Origin: Lachnospiraceae bacterium UBA7729
GTDB taxonomy: Bacteria; Bacillota; Clostridia; Lachnospirales; Lachnospiraceae
NCBI GenBank assembly: GCA_002482005.1
Contig: DLFD01000023.1
Coordinates: 1-32,991, forward strand
Length of the DNA: 32,991 bases
Direction: 5' to 3'
Positions 8,714 to 18,417 of the stretch are shown in pieces. Made by a program: the position numbers and the translations under genes. Positions within the stretch are counted from its first letter, which is position 1. Each line of letters opens with the position of its first letter. Under the pieces are notes generated by a model. The model did not search any database and was not told the origin of the DNA. It saw only the letters and a list, made by a program, of their open reading frames with translations.

Positions 8714-9880
8714 TTACATCAGGAAATACAGAAGTGCGAGGATCAAAGCAAAGACTCCTCCGCTCACAATGCCGGAAACCCCTGCCAGTTTCCCATAATT
8801 TACAGGCAGCTTTCCATGAACCTCTCCTGTCTGGCCATTCATGGCAAAATAGAACTTTTTCCCGTCCAGCGCCTTGTAAGTGAGAAGCCAGACTGGCAGA
8901 AGCATATAGGAGAAATGTTCTTCCTCAGGTCTGATATCCACTTCCGAGGCTGTTACTGACGTATACCCTTTGACCGTACGCCTTAGGGCTGACTTCGCAT
9001 ACTTTTCAGCCCTTCCTCTCATCTCACCGGCTACCTGTCCGGATTCAATGTCCCTTTTCTGGGCTACAAATCCCTGCAGATAGCCCATGCTGAAGGGCTC
9101 GGTATCCTGCAGCCGGAAGGGCATGACCGCATCGATGAGATTCCGGTCACTGTCGCTCAAAGCATTGCGGGAAAGATTCTGGATCTCGATCTCTCCGCTT
9201 CGTTCCACATGGTACACATTGGTCTCAGTGAACTCACGATCTCCTGTGATCCATGTGCGGATCCTGTCAGCACGTCCTGACAGCCGTCCTGACAGCTGTC
9301 CGTCATATACCCAGAACGGGTAGTAGACACCTGACAGTTTCTCGATCTGTTCTTTGCTGAAGAAAGCTTTCGGGACAAATTTCCTGTGCCTGACATAATC
9401 GGTAAAACTCTTCTCTGCAGCCTTCCGGTCGTACTTGAAGGGCACTACCCTGTCCGGGAGATAGTTTCCCGACAGTCTCCCCTCCAGCACGATCGGACTG
9501 TGGCAGTAATAGCATAAAGTCGCTGCAGTGTTCGCATCAGTAATAATCTGTGCGCCGCAGCTGGGACAGGTATACACTACTGCCCCTTTCTCCTCCTTCC
9601 TGCCTTCTGTTTCCGTCTTCCCTGCGTCAGCTGCCTTTGCCTGTCCGCCATGGCTGTCATCCTTGCTATCGTCCTTTCCTGCCTTATCCTCAGGACCAGG
9701 TCCATAATATTCCGCTTCTTCCTGGGATACTTTCCTCTCCTCTCCTTCCTTCGGAGCCATCTTCTCCAGCTCCTCCTGAGTGAAGACGGAAAGGCAGAAT
9801 TCACACTTGTACTTCTGCAGCTTCGGGTCAAACTTCAGCCCTCCGCCGCAGTTGGGGCACTTATATGTAATTGCGGCCAT
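8714..9880 (-). CDS. Double zinc-ribbon protein with a C-terminal TM anchor (YdjG-like).
   Basis: CPNCGG...CEFC and CPSCGA...CYYCH ribbons at the N-terminus and a terminal hydrophobic helix LAGVSGIVSGGVFALILALLYFLM. Confidence 0.7.
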   Translation of the reverse strand: MAAITYKCPNCGGGLKFDPKLQKYKCEFCLSVFTQEELEKMAPKEGEERKVSQEEAEYYGPGPEDKAGKDDSKDDSHGGQAKAADAGKTETEGRKEEKGAVVYTCPSCGAQIITDANTAATLCYYCHSPIVLEGRLSGNYLPDRVVPFKYDRKAAEKSFTDYVRHRKFVPKAFFSKEQIEKLSGVYYPFWVYDGQLSGRLSGRADRIRTWITGDREFTETNVYHVERSGEIEIQNLSRNALSDSDRNLIDAVMPFRLQDTEPFSMGYLQGFVAQKRDIESGQVAGEMRGRAEKYAKSALRRTVKGYTSVTASEVDIRPEEEHFSYMLLPVWLLTYKALDGKKFYFAMNGQTGEVHGKLPVNYGKLAGVSGIVSGGVFALILALLYFLM

Positions 9881-9904
9881 ACAAGTCTCCTTTCGCGAAG
9901 AACA

Positions 9905-11059
9905 TCACTCCGGTTTCTTCGTGCCGCACTCCGTACAGAACTTTCCGGAATTGAGCGTCCCGCAGTTCGGGCAGAACCACTGACCCGGCTGCTTCTGCCG
10001 CGGACCGTTCCCTGCCGTCTGCACCGGCTGTCCGGCCGCCTGAGGCTGCTGCATCTGTGCATTCTGCTGATTCATCTGCATCTGCGCGAGGTTGACCTGG
10101 CTTGCAGACTGTGAAAATGCTCCCGCAGACTGCATTCCGAATCCCATGCCCATGAATGCAGCTCCCGCTCCTGCCGGATTGGAGCCTGCTGCCTGGAGTC
10201 CCTGAGCGATAGAGCTCTGGACAAATCCTTCACGGATCGTCGGATCCTGCATCATTGCCCCCTGGTTTCTCATGTTGATAAGTTTCTGAGACTGCTCGTC
10301 ATAGGAGATACTTCCGATTCCGACCGAGACAACCTCTACTCCCCTTACCTGATTCCAGTTTGCATCAAGTGCATCTGCCATGTATCCGGACAGTTCCGTG
10401 CTCTTTCCTGCCACATAGGAGATGCGGATGCCATCGGCACTCATCTTATTGATCGCAGCCTGAAGAGCCTCCAGGAACTCATTCAGGAACTGCTCATTGA
10501 TATCTTCAACTTCCAGATGGGATGCATTCCTCGGAACACAGTTCGCGTAGAACAGGAGCGGATTCGTGATGCGGATAGAATAGGTTCCGAACGCCCTCAG
10601 GAAAAGCTCCGCATTATAAAAATTATCGAAATAATTCACCGGATTCCTTGTTCCGAACCGAATACCCTTGATCTCCTGTAGATTGATATAGTATACTCTC
10701 TGCTCCTGCGGTGTCGTTCCACCGAACTTGAAGCGCTCCCATACATCTTTCAGGCTCTTTTTGATCTCTCCCTGAAACAGAGAGGGCTGGGAAGAGTTAT
10801 CTACAACAAAGTAGCCGGGCTCAGCTGTATAGTCAATGATCTTCCCTCCATCGGTAAGGACCATGAACTGATTGTCATATACATGGATGACAGAACCGTT
10901 AGAGATGACCTCGCCTCCTCTAACGAAGCTCTGGTTCTTCCTGCGGATTCCCCTGGTAAAGAGAGTCTGAGACCCCATCTCGTAAGGCTCAACGACATCC
11001 TGCCACTGGTCTCCGAGCGCGCCTGCCGCTGCACCGATTCCTGCACGAATAATACCCAT
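9905..11059 (-). CDS. SPFH (band-7)-domain protein with a Q/M-rich low-complexity region and a C-terminal zinc ribbon (YdjI / COG4260-like).
   Basis: SPFH-like core (VISNGSVIHVYDNQFMVLTDGGKIIDY...). C-terminal CPNCG...CTECG. Start set at MGIIRAG, preceded by ATATGGAGGATCTTT. The ORF-track start is 57 codons longer. Confidence 0.75.
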   Translation of the reverse strand: MGIIRAGIGAAAGALGDQWQDVVEPYEMGSQTLFTRGIRRKNQSFVRGGEVISNGSVIHVYDNQFMVLTDGGKIIDYTAEPGYFVVDNSSQPSLFQGEIKKSLKDVWERFKFGGTTPQEQRVYYINLQEIKGIRFGTRNPVNYFDNFYNAELFLRAFGTYSIRITNPLLFYANCVPRNASHLEVEDINEQFLNEFLEALQAAINKMSADGIRISYVAGKSTELSGYMADALDANWNQVRGVEVVSVGIGSISYDEQSQKLINMRNQGAMMQDPTIREGFVQSSIAQGLQAAGSNPAGAGAAFMGMGFGMQSAGAFSQSASQVNLAQMQMNQQNAQMQQPQAAGQPVQTAGNGPRQKQPGQWFCPNCGTLNSGKFCTECGTKKPE

Positions 11060-11226
11060 AAAGATCCTCCATATCCGAGAACGTTCTGTCCTCATTATAA
11101 AAAAGGCCTGCTGCCGCCCTGGTTTTTCACAGAAACATAAAAAACCTGCAGCAGAAGGCCAAACCATCCGCCGGATCCGGATTGCGTGATCAGACTCCCG
11201 TCTCCGCCGGATATAACTATGTACGA

Positions 11227-12363
11227 TCAATCTGCGGACTGCGTCCGGCGGTCAGGCCTTCCGAGACTATCCCACTTCAGATAAGCATTGATAAACGGAT
11301 CAAGGTCACCATCCATCACTCCCTGAACATTGCCAGTCTCATATCCGGTCCTCAGATCCTTCACCATCGTATAGGGCTGGAATACATAAGACCTGATCTG
11401 GGACCCCCACGCGATGTCTTTTACTTCACCACGGATACCCGCAGCCTTCTCCTCGTTCTCCTCCAGCTTCAGCATGTACAGTCTGGATTTCAGGATCTGC
11501 ATAGCCTTTGCCTTGTTCTGGAACTGAGAACGCTCATTCTGACACGTTACGACAATTCCGGTCGGATAATGGGTGATACGGATAGCGGATGATGTCTTGT
11601 TGATATGCTGTCCGCCGGCGCCGCTGGAGCGGTAAGTATCGATCCTGATATCTTCCGGACGGACCTCCACATCAACATCTTCCTCGATATCCGGCATGAC
11701 ATCACAGGATACAAAAGAAGTCTGACGCTTTCCTGCTGCATTGAAAGGAGAGATCCTGACCAGACGGTGGATTCCCATCTCGGACTTGAGGAGTCCATAC
11801 GCATTGTCTCCATTCACCTGGAAAGTCACTGACTTAAGCCCGGCTTCATCTCCATCAAGGGAATCCAGGACCTCCATAGAGAATCCATGTCTCTCGATCC
11901 ACCTTGAATACATACGGTAAAGCATACTGCACCAGTCACAGGCTTCTGTTCCGCCAGCTCCCGAATGCAGAGTGACGATCGCATTATTGTTGTCATACTG
12001 GCCGGAAAGAAGAGTACGGATCCTGACAGAATCAAAATCCTCCTCAAACTCCTGCTCACTTTCCCTGACGTCATCGATGACGGACTCATCTCCGTCCTCA
12101 TTCGCCATATCGATCAGAAGAAGCAGGTCCTCATACTGCTTGCTGAGCTTCTTGTAATCTGCAATGTCATTCTGCAGTAAGCCAAGCTCCTTCTGCGTCC
12201 TGGTCGCCTTCTCGGTATCGGTCCAGAAATCCGGTTCCGACATCGTCATGTGAAGTTCCTCGATCCTTCTCTCCTTATTCTCGAGATCGAGAGAGCTTCT
12301 CATCTCCTGAAGCGGCTGTTCATATGTTTTCAGTTTTGCTTTCAGATCGTCTAATTCGACCAC
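11227..12363 (-). CDS. prfB: Peptide chain release factor 2. It is a single uninterrupted frame and appears to use a GTG start.
   Basis: SPF and GGQ motifs (RISPFNAAGKRQTSF, SGAGGQHINKTSSAIR). No in-frame UGA at the usual frameshift site. Confidence 0.9.
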   Translation of the reverse strand: MVELDDLKAKLKTYEQPLQEMRSSLDLENKERRIEELHMTMSEPDFWTDTEKATRTQKELGLLQNDIADYKKLSKQYEDLLLLIDMANEDGDESVIDDVRESEQEFEEDFDSVRIRTLLSGQYDNNNAIVTLHSGAGGTEACDWCSMLYRMYSRWIERHGFSMEVLDSLDGDEAGLKSVTFQVNGDNAYGLLKSEMGIHRLVRISPFNAAGKRQTSFVSCDVMPDIEEDVDVEVRPEDIRIDTYRSSGAGGQHINKTSSAIRITHYPTGIVVTCQNERSQFQNKAKAMQILKSRLYMLKLEENEEKAAGIRGEVKDIAWGSQIRSYVFQPYTMVKDLRTGYETGNVQGVMDGDLDPFINAYLKWDSLGRPDRRTQSAD

Positions 12364-12394
12364 TTTGTTTCTCTCTTTCCCCTGCTCTGCTTGT

Positions 12395-14974
12395 TTATGC
12401 CGATTTTCTTCCGTGGCACTGCTTATACTTCAGACCGCTCCCGCATGGGCAAGGATCATTCGGATAGATCTTCTTGGCCTTGCGCTTCACAGGCTGTCTC
12501 TGAGAAGTTTCGTCACGGTTTGTTCCGGTGACCTTTGCAACCTCCTCACGTTCAACCTTCTCCTGGACCTGAACATGATACATCATCTTTAAGGTGTCAT
12601 CCTGGATCGATACGGTCATCTCATTGAACATATCATATCCGAGCATCTTGTACTGCACAAGAGGATCCTTCTGGCCATACGCTGCAAGCCCGATCGACTG
12701 TCGCAGCTGGTCCATATCATCGATATGGTTCATCCAGTGGGTATCGACAGACTTCAGAAGCACAACTCGCTCGATCTCCCGGACATCGGCGCCGGCATCG
12801 GAAAGTTCTCTTTCCTTTGCCTCATAGAGCTTCCTGGCTTCATCCGTCAGCTTCTCCTTCACCTCTTTGGCTGACAGTCCTTTGATCGTCTCCTGCGTGA
12901 TAGGAGCGATCGGGATGATCGGGCGGATCAGATTGTTCAGCTCTTCCAGATTGACTTCGTCCGCACCGGAAGACTTCTCATCGCTCATGACCCTGTTCAC
13001 GCCATCGCTTACACAGTCTTCGACCATCTTCATGATAGAAAGTCTCATGCTGTCCCCGTCAAGAACTTTGCGGCGCTCTGCATAGATGATCTCACGCTGC
13101 TCATTATTGACCTGATCGTATTCCAGAAGGTTCTTACGTACAGCAAAGTTGTTGGACTCAATCTTCTTCTGAGCCTTCTCGATCGCGCTGGAAAGCATCT
13201 TGTGCTGGATCTGCTCGCCTTCCTGTACGCCCAGTGCCTTGAAGGTACTCATCATCTTCTCGGAACCGAACAGCCTCATCAGGTCATCTTCCAGTGAGAT
13301 GTAGAACTGAGATTCACCAGGATCTCCCTGACGGCCGGAACGTCCTCGCAGCTGGTTATCGATTCGACGTGACTCATGGCGCTCAGTACCGATGACCAGA
13401 AGTCCGCCCGCAGCCTTCGCCTCATCATCCAGCTTGATATCGGTACCACGTCCTGCCATGTTGGTAGCGATGGTAACCGCATCATGAATTCCGGCATCCT
13501 TGATAATGGCAGCTTCCTGCTCATGGAACTTGGCGTTCAGGACGTTATGCGGGATACCTTCCCTTCTCAGCATATCAGAAAGGAGTTCAGATACCTCGAT
13601 GGTAACAGTACCTACCAGAACCGGCTGATGCTTCGCATGAGCCGCCTTGACTCTCTCGATGACTGCCTTGTACTTCTCCTTCTTGGTCATGTAGACGGCA
13701 TCATCCAGGTCCTTGCGGGCAACTGGTTTATTGGTCGGGATCACGATGACATCCATTCCATAGATATCACGGAACTCTTCTTCTTCAGTAAGCGCAGTAC
13801 CGGTCATGCCGGACTTCTTCGCATACTTGTTGAAGAAATTCTGGAATGTGATCGTTGCCAGAGTCTTCGACTCTCTCTTGATCTTGACATGTTCCTTGGC
13901 CTCGATTGCCTGATGGAGTCCGTCAGAATAGCGGCGTCCCGGCAGAACACGTCCCGTGAACTCGTCAACGATCAGGACCTCATCGTCCTTGACGATATAG
14001 TCACGATCACGGAACATCAGGTTATGCGCCCTCAGCGCAAGGATGATATTGTTCTGGATCTCGATATTCTCAGGATCAGAGAGGTTCTGGATATGGAAGA
14101 ATCTCTCGCACTTCTCGATACCCTGCTGGGTAAGTGTGACGATCTTGTCCTTCTCGTTGACAATAAAGTCACCGGTCTCGGTGATCTCCTCGCCCATGAT
14201 CGCAGTCATCTTGGTGACTTCGCCGCTTGCCTCGCCTCGCTGAAGCTGCCGCGCAAGGACGTCGCATACTTCATAAAGCTTCGTGGATTTACCGCTCTGT
14301 CCGGATATGATCAGAGGAGTTCTCGCTTCATCGATCAGGACCGAGTCGACCTCATCGATGATCGCATAATTCAGCTCTCTCTGTACCAGCTTGTCCTTGT
14401 AGATGACCATGTTATCACGAAGATAGTCAAAACCATCCTCGTTATTGGTCACATAGGTAATATCCTTCGCGTATTCCGCACGTCTCTCGTCTGACTCCAT
14501 GGCATTCTGGATAACACCGCAGGATACCCCGAGGAATTCATGGACCGGAGCCATCCAGTCATGGTCACGCTTTGCCAGGTAATCATTGACAGTGACGATA
14601 TGGACTCCCTTTCCGGTAAGTGCATTCAGATATGCCGGAAGGGTAGACACAAGCGTCTTACCTTCGCCGGTCTTCATCTCGGCGATTCGTCCCTGATGAA
14701 GGATGATTCCACCGATGACCTGGACCTTGTATGGTTCCAGTCCGATCACACGCTTTGCAGCTTCTCTTACCGTTGCGAAAGCTTCCGGAAGCAGCTGGTC
14801 CAGCGTCTCCCCATCCTGGTACCGCTTTCTGTATTCATCCGTCTTCGCTCTCAGTTCAGCATCCGATAGCGCCTGCATCGTCGGACGGAGCGCTTCGACC
14901 TTGTTCACGATCGGCATGATACGCTTCAGCTCACGGTCTGAATGTGTACCGAAAATCCTATCTGCAAGACTCAT
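12395..14974 (-). CDS. secA: Preprotein translocase ATPase SecA.
   Basis: DEAD-like motor motifs ([19 protein letters not shown]), 859 aa, C-terminal zinc-binding [24 protein letters not shown]. Confidence 0.95.
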   Translation of the reverse strand: MSLADRIFGTHSDRELKRIMPIVNKVEALRPTMQALSDAELRAKTDEYRKRYQDGETLDQLLPEAFATVREAAKRVIGLEPYKVQVIGGIILHQGRIAEMKTGEGKTLVSTLPAYLNALTGKGVHIVTVNDYLAKRDHDWMAPVHEFLGVSCGVIQNAMESDERRAEYAKDITYVTNNEDGFDYLRDNMVIYKDKLVQRELNYAIIDEVDSVLIDEARTPLIISGQSGKSTKLYEVCDVLARQLQRGEASGEVTKMTAIMGEEITETGDFIVNEKDKIVTLTQQGIEKCERFFHIQNLSDPENIEIQNNIILALRAHNLMFRDRDYIVKDDEVLIVDEFTGRVLPGRRYSDGLHQAIEAKEHVKIKRESKTLATITFQNFFNKYAKKSGMTGTALTEEEEFRDIYGMDVIVIPTNKPVARKDLDDAVYMTKKEKYKAVIERVKAAHAKHQPVLVGTVTIEVSELLSDMLRREGIPHNVLNAKFHEQEAAIIKDAGIHDAVTIATNMAGRGTDIKLDDEAKAAGGLLVIGTERHESRRIDNQLRGRSGRQGDPGESQFYISLEDDLMRLFGSEKMMSTFKALGVQEGEQIQHKMLSSAIEKAQKKIESNNFAVRKNLLEYDQVNNEQREIIYAERRKVLDGDSMRLSIMKMVEDCVSDGVNRVMSDEKSSGADEVNLEELNNLIRPIIPIAPITQETIKGLSAKEVKEKLTDEARKLYEAKERELSDAGADVREIERVVLLKSVDTHWMNHIDDMDQLRQSIGLAAYGQKDPLVQYKMLGYDMFNEMTVSIQDDTLKMMYHVQVQEKVEREEVAKVTGTNRDETSQRQPVKRKAKKIYPNDPCPCGSGLKYKQCHGRKSA

Positions 14975-15095
14975 ATGATTTCTGCTCCTTTGAATGCCGG
15001 AAACACAGCGTGTTCCCGATATCTTATATTTTTGTACTTTCGGTAAACCTAATCTTTTTCATAATAACATAATGGGGGATAAAGTGACAATAGCT

Positions 15096-15140
15096 GCCTG
15101 CAGATTCAGGCTTCAGATGCCTGCAGATTCAGGCTTCAGA
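15096..15140. repeat. Perfect tandem direct repeat, two copies of a 22-nt unit (gcctgcagattcaggcttcaga) separated by a single t (23-bp period).
   Basis: Read directly from the sequence. Each unit has an internal CCTGcagattCAGG dyad. It sits immediately upstream of a TTGTCA hexamer (reverse complement of plus 15085-15090) in the secA leader. Confidence 0.6.
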
Positions 15141-15147
15141 ACGGGAT

Positions 15148-15191
15148 ATTCAGAAAAATGAAACTCCCGCGCAGCGTGTGCTGCGCGGGAG
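15148..15191 (-). terminator. Rho-independent terminator of hpf: a 12-bp GC stem (CTCCCGCGCAGC/GCTGCGCGGGAG) with a U-rich tail.
   Basis: Perfect stem, GTGT loop, and TTTCATTTTTCTG on the minus strand after the stem. Located 26 nt after the hpf stop. Confidence 0.65.
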
Positions 15192-15216
15192 TAGTCAGCT
15201 ATTTACATATCAGGTA

Positions 15217-15741
15217 TCAGTCTTCCGGTTCGATCAGACCGTAAGTCCCGCCTTTCCTCTTATAGACCACGTTGGTCTCATCCGTCTCCGCATTGCGGAA
15301 CACGAAGAACGAATGACCGAGGAGCTCCATCTGGACACATGCATCCTCTGGGTACATCGGCTTGATATCAAACTTCTTCGTACGGACGATCCGGATATCC
15401 TCCGCCGGCTCGGTCTCCTTCTCCAGGAACTCCTTGCGGAAACTCCCGTCCCGGTGTCCCTCGATCAGTTTCTGTTTATATCTGCGCAGCTGTCTCTCGA
15501 TCACTTCCTCGACCAGGTCGATGGAAACATACATGTCGTTCGAAACCTGCTCAGAGCGGATGACCGTACCACGGATCGGAATCGTAACCTCGATCTTCTG
15601 GCGATCCTTCTCAACACTCATGGTAACGATGATCTGTGTATCTTCTGTAAAATAACGCTCCAGTTTCCCGAGTTTTTCCGTGACTGCCCTTCTCATGGAT
15701 TCGGTCACATCAAGATTTTTCCCGCTGATTGTAAATCTCAT
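15217..15741 (-). CDS. hpf: Ribosome hibernation promoting factor (long HPF/RaiA).
   Basis: MRFTISGKNLDVTE...-type N-domain plus a C-terminal dimerisation domain. Start set at MRFT, which has a perfect TAAGGAGG RBS. Confidence 0.85.
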   Translation of the reverse strand: MRFTISGKNLDVTESMRRAVTEKLGKLERYFTEDTQIIVTMSVEKDRQKIEVTIPIRGTVIRSEQVSNDMYVSIDLVEEVIERQLRRYKQKLIEGHRDGSFRKEFLEKETEPAEDIRIVRTKKFDIKPMYPEDACVQMELLGHSFFVFRNAETDETNVVYKRKGGTYGLIEPED

Positions 15742-15798
15742 AAGCACGGCCTCCTTAAAGGATTCTTCTCGCACGGATCTTTCTGTGCTGTTAACTGT

Positions 15799-15827
15799 AT
15801 TATACTACACCGAGGCTGTATGAACAA
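15799..15827 (-). promoter_or_regulatory. Candidate hpf promoter: TTGTTC, 17 bp, TATAAT.
   Basis: The reverse complement of 15799-15827 gives TTGTTCatacagcctcggtgtagTATAAT. It lies about 55 nt upstream of the hpf start. Confidence 0.4.
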
Positions 15828-15875
15828 CTATATGAGCTTGAATTCACCAGAATTTCAGATACACTCCGTATCCCC

Positions 15876-18404
15876 TCAATGCGATGGACCAAAGACTTCC
15901 TCTGCATATTCAACAGAAGCCATCGCATCCCTGCAGTACCTGTCCGCATGGATCGATTCTGCGTAGCTTTCCGTCATAACTGCTCCTCCGACCATGATCT
16001 TCACAGAAGGGGCCTCCTCGTGCAGCTGACGAATCGTTTCCTCCATATTGGCAACTGTTGTCGTCATAAGAGCAGACAGTCCCACCAGCTTCACGTGTTT
16101 TTCAATAGCGGTCCTGACAACTGTTTCCGGAGGAACATCCCTCCCGAGATCGATCACATCAAACCGATAACTTTCCAGAAGGACCTTGACGATATTCTTC
16201 CCGATATCATGGATGTCGCCTTTCACGGTAGCAAGGATCACCGCCCCTCTTTTTTCTCCGCTTTCTCCGGAAGAAGCCATGTTATCCTTCAGAACCTCAA
16301 ACGCACTTTTTGCTGCTTCCGCGCTCATCAGCAGCTGCGGAAGGAATACCTTCCCTGTCTCAAAGTCTTTTCCGACATCATTCAGTGCAGGGATCATACA
16401 CTCATTGATGATATCCAGCGCCGAAGCTATCTTCAGCAGACGTCCGGCGGACTTTGCCGCTTCTTCCTTCAGTCCCTTTTTCACGCACATCACCATGCGC
16501 TCCTTGTCGGGATCTGAACGTCCGCCAGCATCAGCCGCTGTTCCTTCTTTTCTGCCCGCTTTCAGCCCACTTCTGTCAGCCTCTATCAAGGTTCCCTTGT
16601 TCTGCTCAGAAGGCATGCCATGTTCTTTCAGATACCGTTCTGCATCCTCTTCCCAGACTGCTCCCTTCGGAAGCGGCGGACGGTAGCCAGAATATACCCG
16701 GATGAAATCCTCGCAGTTATCATCCTGGGCCGCAAGCACTCTGAAGCTGTAATATGCCCTCATCATCCCGTCTGCGCATGGATTGATGATAGCCGCATCC
16801 AGTCCGTTCTGAAGCGCCAGTGTGTAGAATGTCTGGTTTATGATCATTCTCTGCGGCAGTCCGAAAGAGATGTTTGAGACGCCCAGGATCGTCTTTCCTC
16901 CCAGTTCTTCATGAACACGTTTCAGCGCTTCAAGTGTCACCAGTGCTCCGGTCCTGTCCGCACTTACGGTCAGGCAAAGGCAGTCGATGATGATATCCTT
17001 CTTCGGAATACCATACTTTGCAGCTTCCTGATAGATCTTCCTGGCCACTCTGATCCTGCCGTCTGCAGTCACCGGGATGCCGTCATCATCCAGTGCCAGC
17101 CCGACAACCACACCGCCGTATTTCTTTACGAGCGGAAATACTGCATCCATGCTTTCCTGCTTGCCGGAAACCGAATTGACCATAGGCTTGCCGTTATACA
17201 GACGCATGGCCGCTTCCATAGCCCCGAAGTCCGAAGTATCGATCTCAAGCGGCAGTTCCGTGATGCTCTGAAGTTCACTGATCGTCTCACAGAGAGCCGC
17301 CTTCTCATCCGTACCCGGAACGCCGACATTGACATCCAGGATATGAGCTCCCTTATTCTGCTGCTCAAGCGCCATGTCCAGAATATAACCGTAATCCTTG
17401 TCCCGGAGAGCCTGCGCCATCTTCTTCTTTCCTGTAGGATTGATCCTCTCTCCTACGATTACGGACTGCCCTCCGATCGTCTGCGCAGCTGCGTAGGATG
17501 TGACGATCGTCTCAGTTTTCTCTGTGATGGCAGGAGCCCTTCTCCCCTCCGTTACCTTTTTCAGAAGACGGATATGTTCGGGAGTTGTTCCACAGCATCC
17601 TCCGACGGCCGAAACACCTGCATCCAGCATATCTTTCATGGCAGATGCAAACTCCTCCGGGTCGATATCATAGACCGTGGTCCCATTCTCAGACCTCGGA
17701 AGACCTGCATTCGGTGTCACGATCACCGGGACAGATGCATACTTTACAAGTTCCCTTGCGGTTTTTAGCATCTGAACGGGTCCGAGGGAACAGTTCGTAC
17801 CAAGTGCATCAACCCTGAGTCCCTCCAGCATTGCCACCATAGCCTTCGGGGTTCCTCCTGTCAGCATCTTTCCTGATTCATCGAAGACAGACGTCGCAAA
17901 TACCGGAAGATCCGAGTTCTCCTTTGCTGCAAGCACTGCTGCCTTCAGTTCATACATGTCGCTCATCGTCTCGATCAGGATCGCTTCAGCCCCTGACTTT
18001 ACACCCAGTCTGACGATCTCGGCATAGATGGAGACTGCCTCCTCGAAGTCCAGATCCCCCATTGGCTTCAGAAGACGGCCGGTAGGGCCGAGATCAAGGG
18101 CGATCGCTCCGTGACCAGACTCTTCCACAGCTTTTTTCGCACACCGGAAGGCTCCGTCCACGATCTCCTCAAGCTTCCATGGATTGCCATCATACTTCAG
18201 CCTGTTCGCTCCGAATGTATTGGTACCGATGATATCCGCTCCGGCATTCAGGTACTCCCTGTGGATCTGTGTCACTGCATCAGGATGAGTCAGGTTCCAT
18301 GTCTCAGGCAGCTCCCCCATCCCGATACCCGCTCTCTGAAGCATCGTTCCCATCGCACCATCGAAAAGAACGATACGTTTTTTCATTTCCTCGAGAATAT
18401 TCAT
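15876..18404 (-). CDS. metH: Methionine synthase MetH lacking the AdoMet reactivation domain (Hcy-binding, pterin-binding and B12-binding modules).
   Basis: Homocysteine S-methyltransferase N-domain, pterin-binding GVSNISFGLP, B12 cap and DxHDIGKN motif. Start set at MNILEEM (RBS GGTGGAG). The ORF-track GTG lies 4 codons upstream. Confidence 0.9.
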   Translation of the reverse strand: MNILEEMKKRIVLFDGAMGTMLQRAGIGMGELPETWNLTHPDAVTQIHREYLNAGADIIGTNTFGANRLKYDGNPWKLEEIVDGAFRCAKKAVEESGHGAIALDLGPTGRLLKPMGDLDFEEAVSIYAEIVRLGVKSGAEAILIETMSDMYELKAAVLAAKENSDLPVFATSVFDESGKMLTGGTPKAMVAMLEGLRVDALGTNCSLGPVQMLKTARELVKYASVPVIVTPNAGLPRSENGTTVYDIDPEEFASAMKDMLDAGVSAVGGCCGTTPEHIRLLKKVTEGRRAPAITEKTETIVTSYAAAQTIGGQSVIVGERINPTGKKKMAQALRDKDYGYILDMALEQQNKGAHILDVNVGVPGTDEKAALCETISELQSITELPLEIDTSDFGAMEAAMRLYNGKPMVNSVSGKQESMDAVFPLVKKYGGVVVGLALDDDGIPVTADGRIRVARKIYQEAAKYGIPKKDIIIDCLCLTVSADRTGALVTLEALKRVHEELGGKTILGVSNISFGLPQRMIINQTFYTLALQNGLDAAIINPCADGMMRAYYSFRVLAAQDDNCEDFIRVYSGYRPPLPKGAVWEEDAERYLKEHGMPSEQNKGTLIEADRSGLKAGRKEGTAADAGGRSDPDKERMVMCVKKGLKEEAAKSAGRLLKIASALDIINECMIPALNDVGKDFETGKVFLPQLLMSAEAAKSAFEVLKDNMASSGESGEKRGAVILATVKGDIHDIGKNIVKVLLESYRFDVIDLGRDVPPETVVRTAIEKHVKLVGLSALMTTTVANMEETIRQLHEEAPSVKIMVGGAVMTESYAESIHADRYCRDAMASVEYAEEVFGPSH

Positions 18405-18417
18405 ACCTCGCTCCACC

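Noticed and set aside
11060-11226. Intergenic region between prfB and the SPFH gene with GGCCTTCTGCTGC...GCAGCAGGCC-TTTTTT pairing, considered as a prfB terminator.
   Set aside because: The pairing partners are about 40 nt apart, the fold is ambiguous, and precise boundaries could not be fixed by eye. It is probably a terminator, but it is not annotated as a feature.
13376-14494. Long plus-strand ORFs inside secA (13376..14494), metH (15879..16517, 16911..17768), fhs (20594..21625) and hslO/nadE (23570..24586).
   Set aside because: They are shadow ORFs on the opposite strand of strongly supported conserved genes. They show no homology signatures.
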